NCBI GenBank assembly: GCA_004764695.1
Contig: SMSO01000032.1
Span: forward strand, 5,922,483 to 5,986,482
Length of the DNA stretch: 64,000 nucleotides
DNA from: Schizochytrium sp. TIO01
Taxonomy: Eukaryota > Protista > Bigyra: Labyrinthulomycetes
Reading direction: 5' to 3'
The translations under genes were made by a program, and so were the position numbers. Under the pieces are notes generated by a model. The model was not told the origin of the DNA. It did no database searches and saw only the letters and a list, made by a program, of their open reading frames with translations. How positions within the stretch are numbered: position 1 is the first letter of the stretch; every line of letters begins with the position of its first letter. Positions 32,093-42,182 of the stretch are shown here, in pieces.

Positions 32093-32575
32093 TCAGTATG
32101 GAACGCGCAAACGATCGTCAACATAGGCCGTAAACAGGCTATCTTCCAACAGCATTTCCGGACGAATACCAGCATAGTGGCACTGCATAACCGTCCACAC
32201 AGACAAATCATGCAAGTACTTCTGCCCAACCAGCATAAGATTGTTCCAGGAACAAGCCGCGATGCGCCGCAGCTGACCGTCCTTAAGATAACCAATCGAT
32301 AACGGCACGGCAGCAGTCGAAATACCACGAGCAACACGCCCCTGGCACTCATCAAGAACACTGGCTGTGAATCCAGCAGGTACCAACATTGCACCCTTTA
32401 ATTCAGGACCCATCAGCCGACGGAAAGCACGAGTAAGCTCAGCATAGTAACCTTCTACCTTCTCCTATAGCAACGATCTATGCTCTGCAGTATGATTAAC
32501 ACGACTATCACCCAATCGAACCTTCTTCATTCGATCACTCACATCATCATTGCTACACTCGCGTTCACGCTTCAT
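32093..32575 (-). pseudogene. Hypothetical gene interrupted by an in-frame TAG at 32465-32467
   Basis: ATG at 32575 (MKRERECS...RMKKVRL...RSLL*EKVEGYYAELTRAFRRLMGPELK) is in frame with the 32093..32413 ORF. Confidence 0.55.
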
Positions 32576-32741
32576 GATCACACTTACAAGATAATTACTT
32601 TGGATAAATCACCGCTCAGGAGTTTTGGGTTTGTTGAACACCAGCAAACCCGAAACTAGACCCACCACCACGATCAAACACTAGCTCAAGACAAACACTA
32701 CAACTACAACTACAACCCACTACCCCCATTACATCACCACC

Positions 32742-33497
32742 ATGCAATATTACCAACCCAACGACGAAAACTCTCCCTTCGGGAAATGCAAGCAAACACC
32801 CGAGGAAGAAGCCCTCAACAACCACCTACAACATGCATCCTTCCTTCAACTCGCACGCTACTTCGGAGGTTTCCACAATTGCTCCGTAAAAAGAGCCATA
32901 GACTTCCTACTCACAGCAGCATCCGACTCTCTACTCAGATTCCTACGCTGCCTACACGCAACCAACTTCACCATTAGACTTCAATACATCCGTCAGCAGT
33001 TCCCCAGACGCGACTTTGACAACTTCTGCGCAGACTTCAACACCCACCATTTCATAAACGCAATCAAAAACACCATTAAGTCTACACATGAAAAAGTCAT
33101 CAGCGAACAAGCACGCAACCGTACTCCACTCTCTCTAGCAGCCAGACTTCCACAAATGCCCAAGAAAATGCTCAGAAAGTTCCATAGAGACTCCTTCCAC
33201 CGTTGCTTCTTCAGACTACTCTACCAGACAATCTACTTCGGATTAAGAACATCGGACACCCACCTTAATGCTCTTGTCACCTTACTCGATCCTTCCTCGC
33301 CCCACTACAAGTTTGCAACACTCATGCAAACCCAAATCGCAACCGACTCCAAGGACCCGCAAAATATCAAACCCCGCTGCATTTACCAACAACTAGCACA
33401 GACCGTAACCCAAACTGTACTTGCCGATCCTACAAAGCTCTATGTCTCTACATATCAACTCGCCTCTTTTCAACCAGAGACACAAATCAAACCTTAA
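32742..33497 (+). CDS. Hypothetical protein (strongly A/C-biased coding strand)
   Basis: 251 aa; CACCATG start context; AAACCCGAAAC upstream. Confidence 0.7.
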   Translation: MQYYQPNDENSPFGKCKQTPEEEALNNHLQHASFLQLARYFGGFHNCSVKRAIDFLLTAASDSLLRFLRCLHATNFTIRLQYIRQQFPRRDFDNFCADFNTHHFINAIKNTIKSTHEKVISEQARNRTPLSLAARLPQMPKKMLRKFHRDSFHRCFFRLLYQTIYFGLRTSDTHLNALVTLLDPSSPHYKFATLMQTQIATDSKDPQNIKPRCIYQQLAQTVTQTVLADPTKLYVSTYQLASFQPETQIKP

Positions 33498-34106
33498 AAT
33501 TAACATACCACCTACCCACCACTCCCTTGAAGTCATCAACAACATCATCATACCCAACACGCCTACTCACCACCCACAACACAAAGCACAACACCCTATC
33601 ATAACAACACCTCCACCAATTCATCATTCACCAACACTCACAATAACACCCCTTACACCAGGAGATGACATTCCTTTCTCATGGAACATACCCCTATCAC
33701 CACCTCCATAACCCCTATCAATATATTCTATTCTATCTTCTGATAATAATAATAAAATATTATTATTATTATTATTTTTTATTTTTTTTGTTTGAGAGAA
33801 GAGAAGAGAAGAGAAGAGAAGAGGAGAGGGAGGCTTTGAGTAGAAAAGTTGCCTCTTTGCCTAAACTTTATAAAAATCGATTTTTACTTATGCTTCGACC
33901 GGTCCAATTCCGCCATCGCGATCTCGAACGCTGGGAGACCAGGGAGACTCCCAGTTGTATTTATAGTTAGTTATGACGTTTTTATTTAAAAATTTTACAC
34001 TAGGAGTCTATATAGGGAAAACCCTAGGAGTATTTTTTTAAAATTCGCGTTTTAATTTTCGGATCCAAATTTCGCTTTTGATAGCGAAAAGCAACTAGTA
34101 ATTAGA

Positions 34107-34312
34107 TAGTCAAAACCATAGTAGTAATCAGATGGCTTATTCTGTGGTGAACATTTATTATAAGATATCTAGTCAAAACTATAGTAATCATCAGGTGTTT
34201 TATTCTAGGGTGAACAATGACTATAGGATATCTAGTCCAAACTATAGTAATCATCAGGTGTCTTATTCTAGGGTGAACAATGACTATAGGATACCTAGTC
34301 AAAACTATAGTA
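34107..34312. repeat. 63-bp tandem repeat (~3.3 copies)
   Basis: tagtc(a/c)aaac at 34107, 34170, 34233, 34296. Confidence 0.9.
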
Positions 34313-34451
34313 GTTGTTGAGTAGTTTAATCTGTTATTCGAAAGCGAAAATACTAATCACGTGATACGGAGAACCCTAATAGTGCTATGATAGTTTATTT
34401 TGTTCAAATTTACCCGTTTAACGGTGGTTAGTTGAATAAATTATTAAACAA

Positions 34452-34890
34452 ACTTGCTCAGAAGACTTGTTCAGAAGACTTGCTCAGAAGACTTGCTCAG
34501 AATACTTGCACCCTAATAGTCCCTAGGCGCCTTACTCAGAAGACTTGCTCAGAAGACTTGCACCCTAATAGTCCCTGGGCGCCTTACTCAGAAGACTTGC
34601 TCAGAAGACTTGCACCCTAATAGTCCTTGAGTGCCTTGCTCAGGAAACTTGCTCAGAAAACTTGCACCCTAATAGTCTCTGGGCGCCTTGCTCAGGAAAC
34701 TTGCTCAGAAACTTGCCTCCCCCTAAATTACTTGATCACAATCATATTCAGACGAGCAACATGCCCACCCACCATGCCCACTCAACAAGTCCACGCAACA
34801 AGCCCACACAACAAGCCCACACAACAAGCCCACGCAACAAGCCCACGCAACACGCTCACCTAACATGCCCACGCAACATATCCTAGCAAC
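34452..34890. repeat. Composite short-repeat arrays: (acttgctcagaag)n with caccctaatagtc units (34452-34716), then (gcaacaagcccac)n (34755-34890)
   Basis: Directly visible. Confidence 0.9.
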
Positions 34891-35090
34891 TACTCCTCTC
34901 TCTCTCTTCTCTTCTCTTCTCTTCTCTATTATTATTATTATTATTATTATTATTTATTTTTTTGTTAAGTATTTATAGAAGAAGGTAGAAAGAGACAGCC
35001 TTATATGCAATTGATAGCAACCCCCGGGTCAAGGGTTCATAGCAACACGCCCTAGCAACTCCTCCCTCTCTCTCTTCTCTTCTCTCTTAA

Positions 35091-35121
<31 letters not shown>

Positions 35122-35365
35122 TTATTTATTTGTTAAGTAGTAAGAAGGTAGAAAACATATAACCTTATGTGCAATTGATAGCAACCCCCGGGTCAAGGGT
35201 TCATAGCAACACACCCTAGCAACTCCTCCCTCTCTCTCTCTCTCTTCTCTTCTCTTCTTTCTTAATATTATTATTATTATTATTATTTTATTTTTTTGTT
35301 AAGTATTTATAGAAGAAGGTAGAAGGAGACAGACTTATATGCAATTGATAGCAACACCCGGGTCA
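34880..35365 (-). repeat. Three inverted copies of the 30385-30925 unit
   Basis: cttat(a/g)tgcaattgatagcaacccccgggtcaagggttcatagcaac at 35000 and 35164, partial at 35334, each after (TC)n-(ATT)n. Confidence 0.9.
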
Positions 35366-35449
35366 GAGGTCGGTCTAGTATGGGAACATAGGGAATCTGA
35401 ATGAGTTCTTCGTGTAGTATCTTATACAGTTAGGTGCTAACGTCGTGTC

Positions 35450-35649
35450 TACCCCCCTAATAAAAGCGATAAAAGCGATAAAAGCGATACCTATTTTTTT
35501 TGTGCAAGGGTCACTATCTAGATTTTTTGCGGCGTTTTGGTTTGAAAACCCCGCTCAGCAACCTTTCCTGAATAGTCAAAGTCTTGTCAGCACTTTGTCA
35601 TTTGACAAAGTCTTCACAGAACCTAAGACTAAATTGTAATCTACCCCCC
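35450..35649 (-). repeat. G-run-bounded element, copy 8 (type A, reversed), (aaaagcgat)3
   Basis: TACCCCCC at both ends; palindrome actttgtca-tt-tgacaaagt. Confidence 0.95.
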
Positions 35650-35676
35650 TAAAAGCGCCTCTTCTATGGAGAAAAG

Positions 35677-36300
35677 TCACGTTAAGATGGAGGCCTTTGA
35701 GTTTCGGTTTATGAATTTGAATTCTTGTGATTTCCAAATAAAATAAAGTTGAAGAACCATCGTTTGAATATCAGCAACTCCCTTCATCCATTCATATGGA
35801 ATGTCATCATGATAAGCACTCATGATATTACATTCACTTGAACACGGCTCGGTGCGAAACTTAATCAATTTGTTTTTCAACGCTGGATCATTTATGTTTT
35901 TTTCTACCTCTATTACCGAGGCTACACAATGATCTATCTTATGCAAGATAGATCGTAAGATATAATGCTTTGATATGTAGTGACGGGGCATAATTGTATG
36001 AAACATGGGATCCACGATAAAACTTCTAAAGATTATCAAATCCTCACGCGAATAGGGTCCCAATGTTAAAATGATTGCAACAATTGAAAGGACGAAAGAC
36101 CTTATAAATGAGAAAGGGTGGAATCCTTCTAAACAAATAATGAGTATGCTATTAATGATTGCTCCACCTACGACTATGTTTGTAGCTCGAATGGTAGAAG
36201 CACGTTGTGCCAATTCTTGCTTTCTAAAAGCACGAGGGTCAAAATCTGGAGAGAAAAATACGCTACAATGCACTGGTATCCCATCATACATTGCTGCCAT
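35677..36300 (-). CDS. Hypothetical protein with two hydrophobic (possible TM) segments
   Basis: IVVGGAIINSILIICL; FIRSFVLSIVAIILTLG. Confidence 0.65.
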   Translation of the reverse strand: MAAMYDGIPVHCSVFFSPDFDPRAFRKQELAQRASTIRATNIVVGGAIINSILIICLEGFHPFSFIRSFVLSIVAIILTLGPYSREDLIIFRSFIVDPMFHTIMPRHYISKHYILRSILHKIDHCVASVIEVEKNINDPALKNKLIKFRTEPCSSECNIMSAYHDDIPYEWMKGVADIQTMVLQLYFIWKSQEFKFINRNSKASILT

Positions 36301-36423
36301 GTTTGCTTATGCTCTTAATTTCGGGTTTGCCTGGACTGCGTTGACTCATCAAGTATGTTCGATAAAAGCCAGCAAGCGCACACACTTTTCTACAAATCAA
36401 GTATCTTCGAGAAGAGTTCTCGC

Positions 36424-36830
36424 GTTCAACGAATGTTCCCAGAAAACGATTGATTGCGAGAAGAGTCCTCAGGTTCAACGAATGTTCCCAGAAAACGATT
36501 GATTGCGAGAAGAGTCCTCAGGTTCAACGAATGTTCCCAGAAAACGATTGATTGCGAGAAGAGTCCTCAGGTTCAACGAATGTTCCCAGAAAACGATTGA
36601 TTGCGAGAAGAGTCCTCAGGTTCAACGAATGTTCCCAGAAAACGATTGATTGTGAGAAGAGTCTTAAGGTTCAGTTGAGGAACGAATCTTCCGAAGAGCC
36701 GTAAGGTTCGGTTGAGGAACATTCGTTCTGAAGAGTTCTAAGGTTCAACAAATGTTCCGAAGAGCCGTAAGGTTCAGTTGAGGAACGAATCTTCCGAAGA
36801 GTCCTAAGGTTCAACGACTGTTCCTGGAAC
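36424..36830. repeat. 49-bp tandem repeat (5 copies, then diverged units)
   Basis: gttcaacgaatgttcccagaaaacgattgattgcgagaagagtcctcag. Confidence 0.95.
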
Positions 36831-36990
36831 ACGAATAGCATTCGCTAAAGTATGCTTAGAATACTCTCGGGCATGATTGATTGCGAAACGTTTTTGCGAC
36901 GTATGTTCGAGGACAATATTCTGACATCGGGAAAATAATATAGTATCTCGGATAAATTATCCTCTACCTCGGGTAAACAAACTTCCCCGA

Positions 36991-37180
36991 TACCCCCCTA
37001 ATAAAAGCGATAAAAGCGATAAAAGCGATAAAAGCGATACCTATTTTTTTTGTGCAAGGGTCACTATCTAGATTTTCTGCAGAGAAAAGTCACTTTAATA
37101 TGGGGGAGTCAGAGTTTTGGGTTGAGAATTTGAATTTTTAGTTTCCCCGAACCTAAAATCGCATGTTTATTCTACCCCCC
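36991..37180 (-). repeat. G-run-bounded element, copy 9 (type B, reversed), (aaaagcgat)4
   Basis: Near reverse complement of copy 7. Confidence 0.95.
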
Positions 37181-37378
37181 TCATATTATCGCATAATTAA
37201 CTTTTGGGCAAGTGGGTCAACCCCTGGGTAGGTACCCAGGTCTCTTTGTGATTATCAAATTACTACAAGTTTAATATTAGTAAAAAAAACGCAGAGCAAA
37301 ACCAAAACTCGGACACAGCAAAACCAAAACTTGAACCCAGCAATCCCAAAACTTCAACTCAGTAAATCCTTAAAGACT

Positions 37379-38071
37379 ATGCAGGTAGCCACTGTCACCC
37401 CCGTTGTCATTGACCTTACAGGTGGTACGGTATCGGCTATGAGTTCGCCTACGTCAGAGCCTATCGACTTGACTAGTGACTCGGAAGACGACTACGATGA
37501 GTACTCTAGTTGCGCAGAGGAGAGTGCGGATGCTAGTGCCCCGAAACGCGCCATTGACTGTGCCGTTTACCCTGATCCTACGCCTGCCAAGCGTATGCGC
37601 CTTGTCGAGGCTGATAACAGGAGCTGCATCCCTGTTTCTGAATTGCTAGCGCGTGTTAACCAGTATCTGCCCCACGGGATTCGCAAGACAGATGCTTACA
37701 ATCAAGCCTTGGAGCAAGACGAGCAGGTGGTCCGTTGCGCGGTTGCTTATGGTAGAAATACATCTCGGAGCTTTTCAATCATTACCGATACGCATGCCAT
37801 TTACATGGCTTTTTTGATTGTCTACCATGCGTCTTCTAACGACGATTTCGCCAAGCTGTTTTGGTCCCTTCTGGGTGGAGATAAATGGATTACGCGCGGT
37901 GAGTTTGACGAAATGCTCGCACTGGCAGGGTCAGACTCAAGCATCGGCTTCGCCTTGGAGTTGGCAAAGTATTTAGTTGCAAACAAGATTGCCCCTGAAA
38001 ACAGCGACTTTGAAACCATTCTTTCATATACCATGAAGTGGGTTATCGCAATTGAGAACTTACAAGAATAA
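37379..38071 (+). CDS. Hypothetical protein with two SIM-like motifs and an NLS
   Basis: ATG at 37379 after two GCAAAACCAAAAC; PVVIDLT, EPIDLTSDSEDD, PAKRMRL. Confidence 0.8.
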   Translation: MQVATVTPVVIDLTGGTVSAMSSPTSEPIDLTSDSEDDYDEYSSCAEESADASAPKRAIDCAVYPDPTPAKRMRLVEADNRSCIPVSELLARVNQYLPHGIRKTDAYNQALEQDEQVVRCAVAYGRNTSRSFSIITDTHAIYMAFLIVYHASSNDDFAKLFWSLLGGDKWITRGEFDEMLALAGSDSSIGFALELAKYLVANKIAPENSDFETILSYTMKWVIAIENLQE

Positions 38072-38110
38072 TAATAAAGTAAATCATTAAGAATACAAAC
38101 CCCTAATCCA

Positions 38111-38662
38111 ATGATTGTGACTTTCATTACCGGAAATCCTCAAAAACTTGCTGAGGCTCGCGCCCTCCTGGGTCCCACGTTTGAGCTACGCCACGAAAAT
38201 GTGGACTTGCCAGAGTTTCAAGGTGAGCCAGAGTATGTTGCGATAGAGAAGTGCAAGATTGCCCAGCAACGAATCAAACAAGGTCCAGTGCTAGTTGAGG
38301 ATACTAGCTTGTGCTTCAATGCGCTTGGCGAACTCCCTGGTGTGTACATTAAGTGGTTTAATGAAAAGATTGGTCACCAAGGTTTATACAATTTGCTTAT
38401 GCCTTATGAGGATAAATCGGCGTTTGCACAATGCATTTTCGCATTTAGTAAAGGGCCGGGTGCCGTTGTTCAAACATTTTCGGGGCGTACCAGTGGCGAA
38501 ATTGTGCCTCCTCGCGGCCTTGGTGGTTTTGGGTGGGACCCTATATTTCAACCAAGCGGTTATGATAAAACTTACGCTGAAATGGACAAGATGACTAAAA
38601 ACAAAATTTCGCATAGATTTAAAGCGCTGGAAAGTCTCAAGGGAAGCCTATATATTAATTGA
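38111..38662 (+). CDS. ITPA: Inosine triphosphate pyrophosphatase (Ham1/ITPase)
   Basis: [47 protein letters not shown]. Confidence 0.97.
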   Translation: MIVTFITGNPQKLAEARALLGPTFELRHENVDLPEFQGEPEYVAIEKCKIAQQRIKQGPVLVEDTSLCFNALGELPGVYIKWFNEKIGHQGLYNLLMPYEDKSAFAQCIFAFSKGPGAVVQTFSGRTSGEIVPPRGLGGFGWDPIFQPSGYDKTYAEMDKMTKNKISHRFKALESLKGSLYIN

Positions 38663-38668
38663 CAATAG

Positions 38669-39301
38669 ATGCAAACCCCAAATACAATGAAAAACCCTGC
38701 TTTTGCAGAGTCTGAATTGGACTTTGTACGATTAGTGAATGCGGCAAGTAAGTTCGAAAATGTTGGTACCTCTCTTATGTATCAAGGAGCATCGGTTATC
38801 ACATCAGCGTTTATTCGTAAGGCTTGCTATGAATCCGGCATTGTGAAACGTGAACAGGAAATTAAAAGCGCAAAAGTCGTTGTTCTCAACGTATTCGATA
38901 TAAATAAAGTTCCGAAGGATCAAGCTTTTGAGGTTAATGACCAATTGCACAAGTCTATGGAAAAATTGGCCGAGATCTTTGGAGGTAAAGAAAAACTCAT
39001 TGAAGATTTAGATTTCTTAGAGGAGCTTAGATTGTGTTCCAGTCATTTATATGAAGATTCAACTATTTGTTTCTTGAAATTATTGAAAGGATACGTTCAT
39101 AATGACACTAGTGATTTTTATTCCAAATTTGAAGAATACAAGCGGGCATATGAAAAGCTTATTGTTATCGACGAACGAAATGGTGACATACCTAAAGTGA
39201 ATACATTAATAAACTTTGAGCACATGATGGCTATTTCGTCAAAGTTAGTAAAGAACGGTTACGTATTGTTAGAATATCCAGATGCTGATAGTAATAAATG
39301 A
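38669..39301 (+). CDS. Hypothetical protein
   Basis: 210-aa ORF tightly packed after ITPase. Confidence 0.75.
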   Translation: MQTPNTMKNPAFAESELDFVRLVNAASKFENVGTSLMYQGASVITSAFIRKACYESGIVKREQEIKSAKVVVLNVFDINKVPKDQAFEVNDQLHKSMEKLAEIFGGKEKLIEDLDFLEELRLCSSHLYEDSTICFLKLLKGYVHNDTSDFYSKFEEYKRAYEKLIVIDERNGDIPKVNTLINFEHMMAISSKLVKNGYVLLEYPDADSNK

Positions 39302-39308
39302 TATAAAA

Positions 39309-39623
39309 TTAATCTTTAAAAGGTCTTAAGAATTCTTCTACAATTCGAATAGCCTCAAATCGTGGGCTTCGATCAATCAATTCGACCACACCTATGGAAT
39401 CAAAAAAGCAACTTTCTACTTGATCAAATGCCAACATGTGTGTAATAATTTCTTCAATATCATCAGTCAATGATTGCTGATCAGCGATTGACTCCAATTT
39501 CCTAAAGTGAAACATAGCTATAGGTTGATCCTTAAAGTTGAATGAACTACAATTTTGTAGTCTCTGCATGATATTCATCTTACATTTGAGTCGTGTAGAT
39601 AGTTCAAGTACCGGTACCTTCAT
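39309..39623 (-). CDS. Small hypothetical protein
   Basis: 104-aa ORF filling the gap between neighbouring genes. Confidence 0.6.
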   Translation of the reverse strand: MKVPVLELSTRLKCKMNIMQRLQNCSSFNFKDQPIAMFHFRKLESIADQQSLTDDIEEIITHMLAFDQVESCFFDSIGVVELIDRSPRFEAIRIVEEFLRPFKD

Positions 39624-39649
39624 CTCTTATAATTAATCTGATTCACCAA

Positions 39650-41182
39650 TTAGGGGTTTGTATTCAAAATGTCGTGAGGTGGATCATGAGGTAATTCGAA
39701 TGGTGGTGCAGGGGGAAGGCCTAAGTTCGCGAGTAGTGTCATATAACATAACATAAACTTGTTAAGTTCTGCTTCAAAACCACTACCGTTTATATTTTCG
39801 TGTGCAGAATTAGTGATTCTGATCATGTCATCATACATTTTTTTCGCACTCGACATATTGATTCCTTGTATGATTTCATTTGCTTGATTGCTTAGTCTTA
39901 TCATAGTTATCAGTGCATCACTGCGTGATCGATTGGTTCCCGTGTTGTTCCCTGGAATATCCATATCTGTTCCCCTGGCATTCTCATTTTCTACCCGCTT
40001 TCGTTTGTTTATTCCATTTTTAATACTCTCTTCATTTTTTTTAATCCTTTTAATTTCCCGATAAATTAAGTCCCATATATAAGCGCGCATTACCATTGTT
40101 CTGGTACCCTTGATTGGTTTTTTCGAATCAGGAGAATCAGGAAAATCAGGACTATCCTTATTTGTCCGCTTAATAATATCGATTGCATTTGTTTCGTTTT
40201 CATTGAAAAGTTCAAACCAAAATACAATACTCGTGGACGAACTACTATCAAAATGTCTCAAAAGATCATTGTTAAGATTAATAAAACCATCGACCTTAAC
40301 TTTGCATTTTTTCGCATAATTTTGGAGATTCCGAATACGTGCTTTTAAATAATACAATAATGTGTCGTAGAGTAGTTTTTTCGTAGAATTGTATTTTGAC
40401 TCTGTAATGACATTACTATTATCTTCCAAAAATTGGATAATAGATTTTTTAGACTCTTCATTTAATTCAACGTCACGTAAGTTTGATGTTATTTCTAATT
40501 CTAAATCACCCTGTACTCGGTTAACCAAATCGTAGATTTTTTTACCATCATCTTCGATATCATCTTCGCTATTATCTCCGTTAGCATCTGTGTCAGCATC
40601 TGCGTTAGCATCTGCGTTAGCATCTGCGTTAGCATCTGCATTGGACTGAATCTGATTGGTAATCTTAAACGCTTCGTACAAGTGCCAAAGTACATTGAGC
40701 TTCTTCAACTGAGTGAGCATCCGGTTCGTTCTCTTTTGGAGGTGTGCAAGATGTTGTTTCTTCATAGTTCCAAGCAGTTTCTTGAGAAACTTTTTCTCGT
40801 ACCTCTGAAATAGCTGTGTTCTACTTTCAATGTCTGCATCGGTTAGGAAGGTGACCTGGTTCTTATCCTTGGCGAAACCTTTCAGCGCAGCTTCCATTTT
40901 TGGAATATATTTCGCTCCGTCCGGGTCTATATCATGATACTCTCTGCATTCGCGGAACCTTTCTCTGATATCGGCGACGATCTCTCTTCGGATTGTTTCG
41001 CGGTATTTCTTAACATTTTCTGGTGCCCCTTCGAGCCTCATCAAGTGCTTCAATGCCTGAATCACCTTTTCTGGAAGTCTGCCTTGGGATAGTGGGTAAA
41101 TTTCATCTCCCCATTTGAACTTCAATAGATGACGAAGTCTGGTTTGATATTCGGACGACATTATAATCCTACTTACATACAT
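39650..41182 (-). CDS. Hypothetical coiled/helical protein with an (NADA)n repeat and NLS
   Basis: 510 aa; NKRKR. Confidence 0.8.
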   Translation of the reverse strand: MYVSRIIMSSEYQTRLRHLLKFKWGDEIYPLSQGRLPEKVIQALKHLMRLEGAPENVKKYRETIRREIVADIRERFRECREYHDIDPDGAKYIPKMEAALKGFAKDKNQVTFLTDADIESRTQLFQRYEKKFLKKLLGTMKKQHLAHLQKRTNRMLTQLKKLNVLWHLYEAFKITNQIQSNADANADANADANADADTDANGDNSEDDIEDDGKKIYDLVNRVQGDLELEITSNLRDVELNEESKKSIIQFLEDNSNVITESKYNSTKKLLYDTLLYYLKARIRNLQNYAKKCKVKVDGFINLNNDLLRHFDSSSSTSIVFWFELFNENETNAIDIIKRTNKDSPDFPDSPDSKKPIKGTRTMVMRAYIWDLIYREIKRIKKNEESIKNGINKRKRVENENARGTDMDIPGNNTGTNRSRSDALITMIRLSNQANEIIQGINMSSAKKMYDDMIRITNSAHENINGSGFEAELNKFMLCYMTLLANLGLPPAPPFELPHDPPHDILNTNP

Positions 41183-41206
41183 CGAACAAAGTGTTTTTAA
41201 GATATG

Positions 41207-41752
41207 TTAATTGTTATCTCTTTTTGCGCGTTCGTAAATGGTTTCGAGTACAATCAATCTGTGCATAATGTCGCCACCCACCTTGATTTTTCTCAGGTAG
41301 AGAAATGGTTTATCATTATGAATGTGTTTCAGGAACAGGTCTTCAAATGCGTCGAATGTACGCAGCAATGTATTGAACTCATTAATATGGAGCATTGCGT
41401 AATCAAAATTGCACCCGCGCAACGCAACGGAAATTGCCTTCATTGTATCGAAGTACATCATCACTGAGTTGTCGTCTTGTTGGAAGGCTGAATTCTCGGT
41501 TCTATTAACACGTGTTTCAATGTTTTCTACTAGTTTCCTATAGTAAATTTCAAAGAAACCTCGCAAGAATTTGAACTTATCTTCAAATGCAAGTAGCTGG
41601 TTCATGTAGGAAATCTTTTTTGTGTCCCACTCCCTAGAATCCATTCCATCGTTGAATACTTTGGCTAGCCTATCAAAAATTTTGTAAAAGTGTTCTCTAT
41701 CCAGTCTTTCTCTCCTCTCTAAATCTTCTTCCGAAAATACATTCGATGGCAT
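41207..41752 (-). CDS. Hypothetical protein
   Basis: 181-aa ORF. Confidence 0.75.
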   Translation of the reverse strand: MPSNVFSEEDLERRERLDREHFYKIFDRLAKVFNDGMDSREWDTKKISYMNQLLAFEDKFKFLRGFFEIYYRKLVENIETRVNRTENSAFQQDDNSVMMYFDTMKAISVALRGCNFDYAMLHINEFNTLLRTFDAFEDLFLKHIHNDKPFLYLRKIKVGGDIMHRLIVLETIYERAKRDNN

Positions 41753-41802
41753 TCTCGTGTTAACACTTTAAAAAAGTATTGTATAATTTATATATATTCT
41801 CA

Positions 41803-42063
41803 GTTCCTCTTCCGCGGTGTTTCTGGTCAGTTCCTCCGTTGTGTTTCTCGATAGTTCCTCCTCTGCTGTGGTTCTTGATAGTTCCCCCCTGTCGTGCTCC
41901 TCCTCCGCGGTGTTTCTGGTCAGTTCCTCCGTTGTGTTTCTCGTGAGTTCCTCCTCTGCTGTGGTTCTTGATAGTTCCCACCTGCCGTGCTCCTCCTCCT
42001 CGTCGGTGTTTCTCGTGAGTTCCTCCGTGGTGTTTCTCGATAGTTCCTCTTCCGTGGTGTTTT
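41803..42063. repeat. Degenerate 24-27 bp tandem array (gtg[t/g]ttct.g..agttcctc) between divergent genes
   Basis: About 9 units with TTC-N7-TTC spacing. Confidence 0.85.
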
Positions 42064-42182
42064 CATCTGTGAGCTTGTGATGCTTGCCTAATCTTGCAAT
42101 CAAAACCAAAACTCAAACCCGCAACTCAGTTCGATCAAAACCAAAACTCAAACCCGCAACTCGAGCTTCGAATCATCCCAGT

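Noticed and set aside
41760-42109. ORFs such as (RNTTEEELT)n, and ORFs in the 23.1, 24.7, 34.1-34.9 and 45.7 kb arrays
   Set aside because: Open in several frames only because of tandem repeats; no proper start context
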